Below, one piece after another: positions 28,015-37,506 of a DNA stretch of 64,000 nt (position 1 is its first letter; each line of letters starts with the position of its first letter). Both the position numbers and the translations under genes were made by a program. Source of the DNA: an uncultured Chloroflexia bacterium (GTDB taxonomy: Bacteria; Chloroflexota; Chloroflexia; QHBQ01; JADMIH01); contig CAWCNY010000005.1 in the NCBI GenBank assembly GCA_963797095.1, positions 416,001-480,000 of the forward strand. The letters run 5' to 3'. A model generated the notes under the pieces. It saw only the letters and a list, made by a program, of their open reading frames with translations, was not told where the DNA came from and did not search any database.

Positions 28015-29271
28015 TCAAGGAGCGCCTGGGCCTGTGCCTGGAGCCGTACCTGCCGGGCGCGTACCGAGCGTGGCTGTAAGCGTCAGTGCCTGCCCGTTGC
28101 GCAATACGTGCAGAGTGACCTGGTCTCCCGGCCTGTGATTGAGCAGCGTATTTACAAGAGGGTGATCCGAGTCGATGGTAGTATCATCAACGGCTGTGAT
28201 CACGTCGCCGGGCTGCAGCCCTGCGTCAGCGGCGGGGCTGCTTTCGGCCACCTGTACTACCAATTCCCCATTGAGAAGAAGATTGCCGCTTGGATCGCGC
28301 AGGTCATAATAAGATGATAGCTGGCGGCTTACGGGCTGGCTATAGATTCCGAGGAAGGGCCGTGCAATATTGCCCGTGCTGACAAGCTGAGTTGTAACTT
28401 CCTTGGCGGTATTCACAGGTATCGCAAAACCAAGCCCTTCAGCCACGTCGGTGCCGGTTGAGCTATCGGTGCCCCGGATTACGGCAGTGTTTATACCGAT
28501 CACGTTGCCGTTCAGATCGAGCAGCGGACCGCCGGAATTGCCGTGGTTAATTGCCGCATCTGTCTGGATCATCGGCTCTATATCGGTGCCTACCGCGCCC
28601 GGCAAAGTGCGGTCCAGCCCGCTGACCACTCCCACCGTAACTGTGTTCTGGAAATCTCCCAGCGCCGACCCGATAGCGATGACCATCTGGCCCACCTGCA
28701 ACTGCGACGAATCGCCGAGGGTCACGGTGGCGGTGACCGGCCTGTCGATCTTGAGAACGGCCAGGTCGCTAACTTCATCTGCCCCCACCAGCGTAGCGGG
28801 CACGTTATCACCGTTGGCGAATATAACGCTCAATCCGCCCTCTGCGGCTCCTTCGATCACATGATTGTTGGTGAATATATGCCCGTCGGTGTCCGCGATC
28901 ATGCCTGTGCCCAGGGCTTCGCCCCCAAATCCTGCCTGGCTGGGGTCCAGCTTGTTCACAACGGTGACCACCGCAGGCCGTGTGCGATTCACAACATCAA
29001 TTATTGCTTGCTGCTCAGGAAAGGATTGCCAGGTAGATGTAGCAGTTGAACTTGTGCTGGATTGGCCTGATGCCGCATCGGATGTGCCGGGAGCGCTCCC
29101 CTGTTGAGATGTTTGCGTGCTCCCAATTGTGCCAGACCCGGCAACTGTAGATGTTGGATTAGCCCCACTGGTAGAATTAAGAGGGCTGTCACAGCCTGCC
29201 AGCAAGAAAAGGAGGAGAAGAATTACTACTAATATTCGGGGTTTGGTTGATAAATCGACTGGCCTATACAT
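28015..29271 (-). CDS. htrA: HtrA/DegP-family serine protease lipoprotein with one PDZ domain
   Basis: LLAGC lipobox; TNNHVI, DLAVLK, IQTDAAINHGNSGGPL; PDZ SPAADAGLQPGDVI. Confidence 0.9.
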   Translation of the reverse strand: MYRPVDLSTKPRILVVILLLLFLLAGCDSPLNSTSGANPTSTVAGSGTIGSTQTSQQGSAPGTSDAASGQSSTSSTATSTWQSFPEQQAIIDVVNRTRPAVVTVVNKLDPSQAGFGGEALGTGMIADTDGHIFTNNHVIEGAAEGGLSVIFANGDNVPATLVGADEVSDLAVLKIDRPVTATVTLGDSSQLQVGQMVIAIGSALGDFQNTVTVGVVSGLDRTLPGAVGTDIEPMIQTDAAINHGNSGGPLLDLNGNVIGINTAVIRGTDSSTGTDVAEGLGFAIPVNTAKEVTTQLVSTGNIARPFLGIYSQPVSRQLSSYYDLRDPSGNLLLNGELVVQVAESSPAADAGLQPGDVITAVDDTTIDSDHPLVNTLLNHRPGDQVTLHVLRNGQALTLTATLGTRPAGTAPGTGPGAP

Positions 29272-29455
29272 GGTGGATCTCCCTTTAAACACACTAACAT
29301 ATCATGCCGGGTCGCTGTACAGGTGGCAAGATGTGTGCCATGAGAGATGCCAGGTGAGACTACCAATCTTGCAAATCTACGAAGGAAGTAAGGGTGCTCT
29401 AAAGTGCTATAATAGCCCTACGTTGCTCGTTGGGCTTCTCGCGAGGGGATTCGTT

Positions 29456-32260
29456 ATGGCTGCTAATACGGCACAGTTGATAGGAGCGCTGCCAACAGGC
29501 ACTGTTACGTTTCTCTACACAGACGTCGAGGGCAGCACCAAGCGCTGGGAGCAGCACCCCGGCGAAATGAAGGCAGCGGTCGAGGTACACGATGCCATTT
29601 TGAGAAAGGCTATCGAAGCCAATGGCGGGGTCGTGTTCAGGACGATGGGAGATGCTTTTTGCGCGGCCTTCTCTACCGCGCCCCAGGCTATGATTGCGGC
29701 CCTCGACGCTCAACGGACCCTGTTTGCATACGATTGGGGTGTCGCGCTTGGGCCGGTAAGAGTGCGCATGGCTCTCCATACCGGGCTGGGGGAAGTGCGC
29801 GACGGCGACTATGTGGGCCAGCACTTGAACAGGATCGCCCGTTTGCTGGCGGCAGGGCATGGCGGCCAGACGCTGCTGACGCAGGCCGTCTATGAATTGG
29901 TCTATGACAACATGCCGGCGGGCACATCGCTGGAAGACCTTGGAGAGAAGCGATTACGCGACCTGCAAAGACCTGAGCATGTCTTCCAGATTGTTGTGGC
30001 GGACCTCCCTTCGCAGTTTCCCCCACTCAAGACCCTCGATGTGCGACCCCACAACCTACCCACACAAACCACTCCATTCATCGGCAGGGAGAAGGTGCTT
30101 GATGCCGCTTGCGACCTGCTGAGCAGTCCCGATGTGCGCTTGCTGACGCTCACCGGGCCAGGCGGCACGGGCAAGACCCGCCTGGGGTTGGAGATAGCCA
30201 GGTCGAGCGTCGCCGATATGGAAGAGGGCGTGTTCTTTGTACCGCTGGCTTCTGTCAGCGATCCTCAACTGGTTGGCCCGGCGATTGCCCAGGCGTTGGG
30301 GTTGGCAGATACCAGCGGCAGTCGCGAGAGCCTGATAGATTTCCTGCGCGAAAAGCAGATTCTGTTGATGTTCGACAATTTCGAGCAGGTGATGGGGGCT
30401 GCTACTCTCCTTGCCGATCTGCTTTCGGGCGCGGCCAGGCTCAAGATGATCGTGACCAGTCGCGAGGCCTTGCACGTGTACGGCGAGACGGAGTTTCCGG
30501 TCCCACCACTTGTATTGCCCGATCCACGGCATTTGCCCCCTGTCGATCAGTTGACGCAATACGAAGCGGTGCGGCTCTTCATCGACAGGGCGCGGTCGGT
30601 CAAGCCCGATTTTACTGTCACCAACGAGAATGCCCCTGCGGTAGCCGAGATATGCTACAGGCTGGATGGCCTTCCCCTGGCGATTGAGCTGGCGGCAGCG
30701 AGGATCAAGCTGCTGCCGCCAGCCGTGATCCTGTCCAAGCTGCAAAGCAGGTTGAGGCTCCTTACCGGTGGGGCCAGGGACCTCCCTGCCCGGCAGCAAA
30801 CCCTGCGAGGCGCAATCGAGTGGGGGTACGACCTCCTCAACCCTGGAGAGAGAAGACTCTTTCGCAGCCTGGCTGTATTCGTGGGGGGTTGCACCCTGGA
30901 GGCGGCGGATCGTGTGTGCGGCGAATGGCTGGCTGAAGATGACCCCTCGATTGATCTGCTGGATGGCCTCGGATCGCTGCTAGATAAGAGCTTCTTGAAA
31001 CAGGAAGCAGATGAAGACGATGTGCGCTTCTTCATGCTCGAAACCATACGAGAGTTTGCCCTGGAGAAACTGGACGAGTTTGGGGATAAAGAGGTATTGC
31101 AGAGGAGGCACGCAGATTATTACAAGGGGCTGGTGGAAGAAGCCGCGCAGACTATGAGGCGTGGCAACCGGAAGCACTGGCTCAATTCGCTCGAATCTGA
31201 GCTCGACAATATCAGAGCAGTCTTGCAAATGAGCCTCGATAATGCGGTCGCATCAGCCCAATACGCAGAAACCGGATTAAGAATGATCGGCGGGCTGGAA
31301 GACTTCTGGACATTGAGGGGGCATGTGTATGAAGGGGAGCGCTGGGGCGAGGCCATGCTGGGAGCAACCGCGGGGCGCACCGCGTTGCGCGCCAGGGCGA
31401 TGCATGCGACCGGATATACAGCCTTTATTGGGAGTGACCTGCAAATGGCTCGTAAGTGGTTCGAGATGGCGCTGGACATTTACCGCGAATTGAATGACCC
31501 GGCAGGTATTGCCTACTCCATACACATGCTTGGGGCGTGCGTGGCTTTTATGGAAGACCCGGCTGTGGGGCGTGCCCTGAGCATACAAGGGATGGAGATC
31601 TTCCGGTCAATGCCGATCCTAGACAACTGGGGCCTGTCCCAGGCGGGCATGGCGTTGGGTGTGCTTACCCTCTTGCAAGGTGACTACGCGAAAAGCCTTG
31701 AATTGCTTGAGGAGAGTGAGAAGTTCGGAAGAGCCTCAGGCGACATGTACATGGTGGCCCAGGTGCGCAACTACCTCGGAGATATAGCCAGGATGCAGTG
31801 CGATTATCCGAGAGCGGAAGCCATGTACAGGGAAGCCTTGCCCATTTATGAGGACGTGGGCAGCAGGACCGATCTGCCCGCCATATTGCACAACATGGCT
31901 TACGTCTCCCTGGCACTTGGCCGCCAGCAAGAGGCGCTGTCTCAGTTCAGCGAAGCGGTGGCTCTGCAAAAGGAACTGGGCAGCAAGCCGGGGATATTGG
32001 AAGGACTCGCGGGGCTGGCGTCGGTTGCCGGGGCGCAAGGAAAGCCCGAATACGCCGCGAGATTGCTGGGAGCAGTGGCCGCTGCCCGCGAGAGGTTGGG
32101 TGGGCAAATGTGGCCCGCCGAGCAGGTCGAGTTCGAGCGCAGCCTTGCCTCGGTGCGCGATCAGATGGACGAAGCAACATTCGAAAAAACTTGGAGCGCC
32201 GGTCGAAATATGGGCTTCGACGAGGCGCTCCGGTATGCCCTGGAAACCAGGGTCGATTAG
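29456..32260 (+). CDS. Class III adenylate/guanylate cyclase + STAND NTPase + TPR protein
   Basis: TFLYTDVEGST, GDAF, RMALHTG, N..ARL; Walker A GPGGTGKT, FDNFEQ, LDGLPLAIELAAAR; C-terminal TPRs; TGcTATAAT at 29405-29413. Confidence 0.9.
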   Translation: MAANTAQLIGALPTGTVTFLYTDVEGSTKRWEQHPGEMKAAVEVHDAILRKAIEANGGVVFRTMGDAFCAAFSTAPQAMIAALDAQRTLFAYDWGVALGPVRVRMALHTGLGEVRDGDYVGQHLNRIARLLAAGHGGQTLLTQAVYELVYDNMPAGTSLEDLGEKRLRDLQRPEHVFQIVVADLPSQFPPLKTLDVRPHNLPTQTTPFIGREKVLDAACDLLSSPDVRLLTLTGPGGTGKTRLGLEIARSSVADMEEGVFFVPLASVSDPQLVGPAIAQALGLADTSGSRESLIDFLREKQILLMFDNFEQVMGAATLLADLLSGAARLKMIVTSREALHVYGETEFPVPPLVLPDPRHLPPVDQLTQYEAVRLFIDRARSVKPDFTVTNENAPAVAEICYRLDGLPLAIELAAARIKLLPPAVILSKLQSRLRLLTGGARDLPARQQTLRGAIEWGYDLLNPGERRLFRSLAVFVGGCTLEAADRVCGEWLAEDDPSIDLLDGLGSLLDKSFLKQEADEDDVRFFMLETIREFALEKLDEFGDKEVLQRRHADYYKGLVEEAAQTMRRGNRKHWLNSLESELDNIRAVLQMSLDNAVASAQYAETGLRMIGGLEDFWTLRGHVYEGERWGEAMLGATAGRTALRARAMHATGYTAFIGSDLQMARKWFEMALDIYRELNDPAGIAYSIHMLGACVAFMEDPAVGRALSIQGMEIFRSMPILDNWGLSQAGMALGVLTLLQGDYAKSLELLEESEKFGRASGDMYMVAQVRNYLGDIARMQCDYPRAEAMYREALPIYEDVGSRTDLPAILHNMAYVSLALGRQQEALSQFSEAVALQKELGSKPGILEGLAGLASVAGAQGKPEYAARLLGAVAAARERLGGQMWPAEQVEFERSLASVRDQMDEATFEKTWSAGRNMGFDEALRYALETRVD

Positions 32261-32284
32261 CGAACTACTCTGTCTCTTTGCGTT

Positions 32285-32761
32285 TTACTTCACTACCAGC
32301 GTCGCCCGCTGACCCCTCTGTGCGTGGCCCGGCAAGCTGCAAATCAGCGTATAGGTGCCGGCCTGGAGAGTGACTTCGAGCGTTTGCGGGCTGTCGCTTG
32401 GTTGGAAGGTAGGCGTCGCCCCGATTATGGCCCCGCTGCCATCCAGCACGGTGAGATTGTGGCCCATCGTGCCCGTGTTGTTGACTGTGAACGTCACTGT
32501 GCCAGCCGGCACCTCGCTCTGGCTGAGGTCGATTGCCCACTCTCTTAATGTTGCCTGCATGGTGGTGGCGGTGCCGCCTGTCGTGCTATCGGTAGAAAGG
32601 CTCTGATCTGTGGCAGCCGCCTGTTGTGTGGGGGCTGCGGTGGTGGGTGTAGCCGCATCGCCACCACATGCTGCCAGGCTCAATATGGAAAGCATAGCTA
32701 TCATACTCATCAAAATATAGACCATTTTCCGATTTAGGCCATCTGTCTTGTTCAAGGTCAT
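32285..32761 (-). CDS. Cupredoxin (blue copper) lipoprotein
   Basis: LAAC lipobox, A/T-rich linker, GHNL and YTLICSLPGHAQRGQ copper motif. Confidence 0.85.
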   Translation of the reverse strand: MTLNKTDGLNRKMVYILMSMIAMLSILSLAACGGDAATPTTAAPTQQAAATDQSLSTDSTTGGTATTMQATLREWAIDLSQSEVPAGTVTFTVNNTGTMGHNLTVLDGSGAIIGATPTFQPSDSPQTLEVTLQAGTYTLICSLPGHAQRGQRATLVVK

Positions 32762-32997
32762 CGTGCGTTTTCCTCTTTCTATATGGGTCTAGACATCATC
32801 AAATGCCGGGACGGATAGCGTTGTCTCTCCCTACATGTTAGGGTCCAAGAATTAAAGGAGATGCCAAGAAAAGTTAAGAGTTGATTAATCGGCCCCCGGC
32901 ATTCCCTGCTACAAGCCGCAAAGTAACCGTAGCACGTATAATAGATACTGCTCTTACTTCAATACGCATCTTGGTTACTCTCACGAAAGGCCAACCC

Positions 32998-34572
32998 ATG
33001 AGCAAAAGCCTTACGCGAACCGGGGCGCTGGCCCTCGCTCTCCCCGTTTTACTGTTAGCTCTCCTGACTCCCGGCGCGCCCGTCGGGGCCGCCGCCACGC
33101 CCAGGTCCGCCGTGCGCCTCACAGGGGGCGAGAAATGCTTTGCAGAAACCGGTAGGTGCATGCATGGTGTCTTTCTCGGCTTCTGGCAGGCCAAAGGCGG
33201 GGTAGCCCAGTTCGGCTATCCCATCACCGATGAGCTAACGGAAAACGGGCGCACCGTACAATATACAGAGCGCGCCCGATTCGAGTTCCATCCTGAATAT
33301 CGCGACACTCCCAACGAGGTGCTGTTGAGCTTGCTTGGGAACGCGCTGGTGTCAGGCAGAAGCGATGCGCCGTTCAAGCGTGTAAATGCACCCGCGAGCG
33401 GCAACTATTTCCCGCAAACCGGGCATACCCTGCCGGAACCTTTCAATACCTACTGGCAGAAGAACGGCGGCCTACCTGTGTTCGGCTACCCGATCTCGGA
33501 GCCGTTCAATGAGAAAAGCGCCACCGACGGCAAGACCTACCTCGTGCAGTATTTCGAGCGCAACAGGCTGGAATACCACCCGGAAGCCAAAGGCACCAAA
33601 GACGAGATACAACTCGGATTGCTGGGCAAAGAGTTCTATCAGCGCACTTATAGTGATGCGCCGCCACCCGACCCGCAGCCCTACCCGGTATCGATTGCCG
33701 CCCTGCGGCAGATGATGCGCTGGGGCAACGACTTGAAGGTAGTGCGCACCGTGGCGACCACCGCCGCCTACACTCAGTACGCGATCACCTACAGGAGCGG
33801 CAACCTCAACATTACGGGCCAGATGTACGTGCCGAAAGGGAGCGGGCCGTTCCCGGTGATGATCATGAACCACGGCTATCTCCCCGTAGATGAGTACACG
33901 TCGGGCACGGACTCCCACCGGGAGTCGCCGTTCGTGGCATCCAATGGCTATGTCGCCATACACCCCGATTTCCGCAATTACGCAGGCTCGGATATAGACG
34001 AAAACGCAGAGCAGAACCTGACCGCCTTCGGCTGGGCCGACAATTCGCTGAACCTTGTGGATGCCGTCAAGCACTCCGACCTGCCTTACCTGGATAAAAC
34101 GCGCGTTGGCTATTGGGGCCACTCCAACGGCGGGCAGGTGAGCATGATGGCCCTCGTCGCGCAACAGCAGCCCGACATTAAGGCGTTCGTACTCTTCGCA
34201 CCTACTTCGCCCGATTTCGCCGACAACTTCAACCGCTGGACGCGCCCCAGAACCGCACAGTCGGACAGCATCCGCGAGCGCCACGGCTGGCCGGAGGACA
34301 ACCCCGCCTTCTACGAGGGGCTATCGGTCGGCCCGGCGTTCAAGGACGCTGTAACGAAAGGGCCTGTGCTCCTTTTCCACGGCACGGGCGACACCAACAC
34401 ACCCTATGAATGGTCGGTGCGCACCAATGAATTGATGAAAGCCGCGGGCATAGATGTTACCTTCGTGTCGCCAAAGGGAGAAAACCACCTCTTCAGCGAT
34501 GCGGCATGGCGCGGGGGCATCGCTTCGCAATTCCTGTCGTTCATTGACAAGTACGTGAAGAACGCGAAATAG
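32998..34572 (+). CDS. Secreted alpha/beta hydrolase (S9-like) with N-terminal Chloroflexi surface repeats
   Basis: Signal peptide; two F.ETG...GYPI...VQY.ER.R.E.HPE repeats; GHSNGG nucleophile motif, HGTGD, ENHLF. Confidence 0.85.
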   Translation: MSKSLTRTGALALALPVLLLALLTPGAPVGAAATPRSAVRLTGGEKCFAETGRCMHGVFLGFWQAKGGVAQFGYPITDELTENGRTVQYTERARFEFHPEYRDTPNEVLLSLLGNALVSGRSDAPFKRVNAPASGNYFPQTGHTLPEPFNTYWQKNGGLPVFGYPISEPFNEKSATDGKTYLVQYFERNRLEYHPEAKGTKDEIQLGLLGKEFYQRTYSDAPPPDPQPYPVSIAALRQMMRWGNDLKVVRTVATTAAYTQYAITYRSGNLNITGQMYVPKGSGPFPVMIMNHGYLPVDEYTSGTDSHRESPFVASNGYVAIHPDFRNYAGSDIDENAEQNLTAFGWADNSLNLVDAVKHSDLPYLDKTRVGYWGHSNGGQVSMMALVAQQQPDIKAFVLFAPTSPDFADNFNRWTRPRTAQSDSIRERHGWPEDNPAFYEGLSVGPAFKDAVTKGPVLLFHGTGDTNTPYEWSVRTNELMKAAGIDVTFVSPKGENHLFSDAAWRGGIASQFLSFIDKYVKNAK

Positions 34573-34589
34573 CACGGGCATCTTAAGCC

Positions 34590-34627
34590 AAGAAGATGGG
34601 CGGTTGTACCGCCCATCTTCTTTGTTT
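34590..34627. terminator. Bidirectional terminator
   Basis: AAGAAGATGGGCGGT-tgt-ACCGCCCATCTTCTT. Confidence 0.85.
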
Positions 34628-34647
34628 ACCGACCTGATCAGATCAAA

Positions 34648-34842
34648 TTAGCCTACACGCTCGTTCTTGCTGAGCGTGCGAAGGCATCGCGTGCAGATCT
34701 TAAGGCGAACCATCTCGCCGCCCACAAGCATGCGCTTTACCTGAATATTGGGGATCCACCGGCGCGGGGTGTGATTCTTTGCATGGCTCACGTTATGACC
34801 ATACTCCGGCCTCTTCCCGCATACCTCACACTTTACCGCCAT
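34648..34842 (-). CDS. rpmB: 50S ribosomal protein L28 (Zn-binding form)
   Basis: CEVCGK...GHNVSHAKNHT.RRW.PNIQ...CTRCLR. Confidence 0.97.
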   Translation of the reverse strand: MAVKCEVCGKRPEYGHNVSHAKNHTPRRWIPNIQVKRMLVGGEMVRLKICTRCLRTLSKNERVG

Positions 34843-35033
34843 CTCTCACTACCTCTCTTGTTATCTGTTGCCGGCAACCGGGCGTAGATCGCCGGGGCAA
34901 CCGACCGTAAATTATAGACCTTTGGCTACTTTACGAAATCAAGCATTTCGATTATAGTTATCAAGATAAGTGCGCTCTTTGCCGCACAGAGAATGATCTT
35001 ACCATATATCAAGCCTTTTGGCAAGGTGTCACC

Positions 35034-35534
35034 ATGGTTTCCAGGAACCGCAAAGACGGCCCCAACCTCGACTTGCAAAGCGTCTCGCCGAACGGAGTAA
35101 GCCCGACCGACGGCCACTCCCACAAAGAAGTCCACCCAGGCCCAACCGCGGGCCTGAGTAACGCTTCCGGCAAGAGCCATGCCGATTCTGTGAGCGAGCA
35201 TTCCGGCAAGATCGAAGTTTCACCGAAAGCCATCTCGCACCTGGCATCACGCGCTGCCCAACGTTCCTATGGTGTGGTTGGCCTCGCCTCTAAGACGGCG
35301 CGCCCAGGGTGGGCCGAGCTTCTCCGCCGCGAGGAGATATCCAAAGGGGTGGAGGTATCCTTCCAGGATGGTCACGTGATCGTCAACCTCTACGTAGTGA
35401 TCGAATACGGCACGCGCATATCAGAGGTGGCGCGCAACATCATGAGCAACGTCAAGTTCGCCCTTGAATCGTCTCTCGGTGTAGAGGTCGTGCAGGTGAA
35501 CGTGACCGTGCAAGGGATACGAGTGAGCAAGTGA
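35034..35534 (+). CDS. Asp23/Gls24 family protein (YloU-like)
   Basis: GKIEVSP.AI...SYGVVGLA, VVIEYGTRISEVA, VNVTVQGIRV; conserved position between rpmB and fakA. Confidence 0.9.
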   Translation: MVSRNRKDGPNLDLQSVSPNGVSPTDGHSHKEVHPGPTAGLSNASGKSHADSVSEHSGKIEVSPKAISHLASRAAQRSYGVVGLASKTARPGWAELLRREEISKGVEVSFQDGHVIVNLYVVIEYGTRISEVARNIMSNVKFALESSLGVEVVQVNVTVQGIRVSK

Positions 35535-35536
35535 GC

Positions 35537-35578
35537 AGTAGTCGGTTCTTCTACTCCGACTATCGACTACCGACTACT
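35537..35578. repeat. Heptamer inverted arms (CCGACTA type)
   Basis: AGTAGTCGGT (35537-35546) versus CCGACTA TCGACTA CCGACTA CT; same unit type as 11417. Confidence 0.85.
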
Positions 35579-35592
35579 TCCCGAAGGGAATT

Positions 35593-37371
35593 ATGAGCAC
35601 CGCCCAGAAAGCAAACACCAAAAAGCAAGACAGCAGCGAGGGAGACACAGCCCAGCATAAACACGTGCCCGTAGGGCCGGGAGACCTCTGGGGAGGTCAG
35701 GATTTCAAGCGCGTGGTGACAGCCGCCACTGTATGGCTCACGCGCAACCTTGATGCAATCAACGCGCTCAACGTCTTTCCTGTACCCGATGGCGACACCG
35801 GCACCAATATGGCGCTCACAATGCAGGCCGCGATCAAGCAGATAGCCGACTCACCCAGCCACTCGGTTGCCCAAATTGCTTCCTCTGTATCGTACGGTGC
35901 GCTCATGGGCGCGAGAGGTAATTCAGGGGTGATCCTCTCCCAGATATGGCGCGGCTTCTCCGAGGGGGTGGCCGGTCACAACCAGATCTCAGCGCAGGAC
36001 TTCGCGAATGCTCTGGTAGCCGCCACAGCCACCGCCTACCGGGCCGTCCTCAAGCCCGTGGAGGGCACGATCCTCACCGTTATCAAGGACACCGGCGAAG
36101 CTGCAACCGCAGCCGCAGGCAAGCTCAATTCGTTCGGCTATCTGCTCCCTGAGGTGGCGAAGGCCGCCAAAGCATCGGTTGCACGCACGCCCCTGCTCCT
36201 GGACAGGCTCAGGGATGCAGGCGTGGTGGACGCCGGGGGCCAGGGCTTATGGGTGCTGCTGGACGGTATGCGGCGTTTTGCCGAAGGTGAGGAGGTCGAG
36301 ACCCTGGAAGTGGAAGCAGCGTCGGGAAACGCCGCTCTGGAGGAGGCGACGAGCGGAGTGCACGTGGAGCATGGTGAATATGGTTATTGCACCAATTTCC
36401 TACTTGTAGGGAGTGGGTGGGATTTCGATGAAGTGCGCGCCCGAATCGCATCTCTTGGCGATTCGGCGGTAATCGTGGGTGATGACCGGATCGTGAAAGT
36501 GCATATCCACACCGAGACACCAGGCACAGTGCTCAACTACGCTTGCTCGCTCGGCAGCCTGCGCCAGATCAGCATCGCCAACATGCAGGACCAGCACGAA
36601 GAGTTCCTTGATTTGCACGCGCAGGCCGGGGTGAAGAGCGAGGCCGGGGCAGTACACGCCGATGCTGGCGCGGCACAGGTGTCGGGGCGCGACCCCAATA
36701 CAGCCGTCGCGCAGAGCAGAATAGCGGTGCTGGCGGTGGCCTCTGGGCCGGGCATAGTCAAGACCTTCAAGAGTATGGGCGCTGCTGCCATCATCGAGGG
36801 CGGCCAGACCATGAACCCCAGTACGGAGGACATCCTCAAGGTGGTAGAGGCCGTACCTCAGAATGAGGTGATCATCCTCCCCAACAACGGCAATATCGTA
36901 ATGGCAGCCCGCCAGACCCAAAGCCTCACCAAAAAGCGTGTGGCAGTGGTGCCTACCGACACTATACCGCAAGGCATCTCGGCGTTGATCGCGCTGAACT
37001 ATGATGCAAGCCTGGAAGATAACGCGAACGCGATGCAAAGCGCGGCCAAAGCAGTGCAAACCGGTGAATTGACCCGCGCTGTGCGCGACGCCAAAGTGAA
37101 CGGCATAGCCGTAAAAGAGGGACAGGTGATCGGGCTGGTGAATAACGCCCTGGTAACCACCGGAACCAAGCGCGATGACGTGGCCTGGGACTTGCTGGGG
37201 CGAATGAATGCAGACGACAGCGAGTTGATCACTATCTATTGGGGTGGAGACATGGCGGAAGCGGATGCCCAGGCATTCCGCGACCGAGTTCAAGATCATT
37301 ACGCTGACGCCGAAGTGGAGTTGGTTTACGGCGGCCAACCCTTCTACGACTATATAATCTCAGCCGAATAA
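35593..37371 (+). CDS. fakA: DAK2-domain fatty acid kinase subunit A (YloV)
   Basis: INALNVFPVPDGDTGTNM, GARGNSGVILSQ, KPVEGTILTV, GGQTMNPS, GGQPFYDYIISAE. Confidence 0.9.
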   Translation: MSTAQKANTKKQDSSEGDTAQHKHVPVGPGDLWGGQDFKRVVTAATVWLTRNLDAINALNVFPVPDGDTGTNMALTMQAAIKQIADSPSHSVAQIASSVSYGALMGARGNSGVILSQIWRGFSEGVAGHNQISAQDFANALVAATATAYRAVLKPVEGTILTVIKDTGEAATAAAGKLNSFGYLLPEVAKAAKASVARTPLLLDRLRDAGVVDAGGQGLWVLLDGMRRFAEGEEVETLEVEAASGNAALEEATSGVHVEHGEYGYCTNFLLVGSGWDFDEVRARIASLGDSAVIVGDDRIVKVHIHTETPGTVLNYACSLGSLRQISIANMQDQHEEFLDLHAQAGVKSEAGAVHADAGAAQVSGRDPNTAVAQSRIAVLAVASGPGIVKTFKSMGAAAIIEGGQTMNPSTEDILKVVEAVPQNEVIILPNNGNIVMAARQTQSLTKKRVAVVPTDTIPQGISALIALNYDASLEDNANAMQSAAKAVQTGELTRAVRDAKVNGIAVKEGQVIGLVNNALVTTGTKRDDVAWDLLGRMNADDSELITIYWGGDMAEADAQAFRDRVQDHYADAEVELVYGGQPFYDYIISAE

Positions 37372-37381
37372 GCCCAAAAGC

Positions 37382-37500
37382 GAGTGCAGAATGCGGAATG
37401 GCATATGAGATACGATTACAAATATGTAGCTCTTCGCCCGACGCATCATGCGCCTGATCGTACAGCGTGCATTCCGCACTCCACGCTCCGCATTTCGCAC
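37382..37500. repeat. Heptamer inverted arms (GAATGCG / ATTCCGC type)
   Basis: GAGTGCA GAATGCG GAATG after the fakA stop; ATTCCGC ACTCCAC GCTCCGC ATTTCGC AC before the degV start. Confidence 0.8.
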
Positions 37501-37506
37501 TAACCA

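Noticed and set aside
29117-29455. Longer start for the cyclase-STAND gene
   Set aside because: It overlaps the divergent htrA 5' end and lies upstream of the gene's own TGcTATAAT promoter
32845-32882. OmpR-type direct repeats upstream of the cupredoxin gene
   Set aside because: The repeats are short, AT-rich and irregularly spaced, so they are not distinguishable from promoter background
34918-34931. 14-bp inverted match with 63923-63936
   Set aside because: A match this short is expected by chance in 64 kb
36400-37338. Long antisense ORFs (this one, 13559-14497, 48879-49853, 10523-11410 and similar)
   Set aside because: They are shadow frames opposite well-supported genes in GC-rich DNA, with no recognisable motifs
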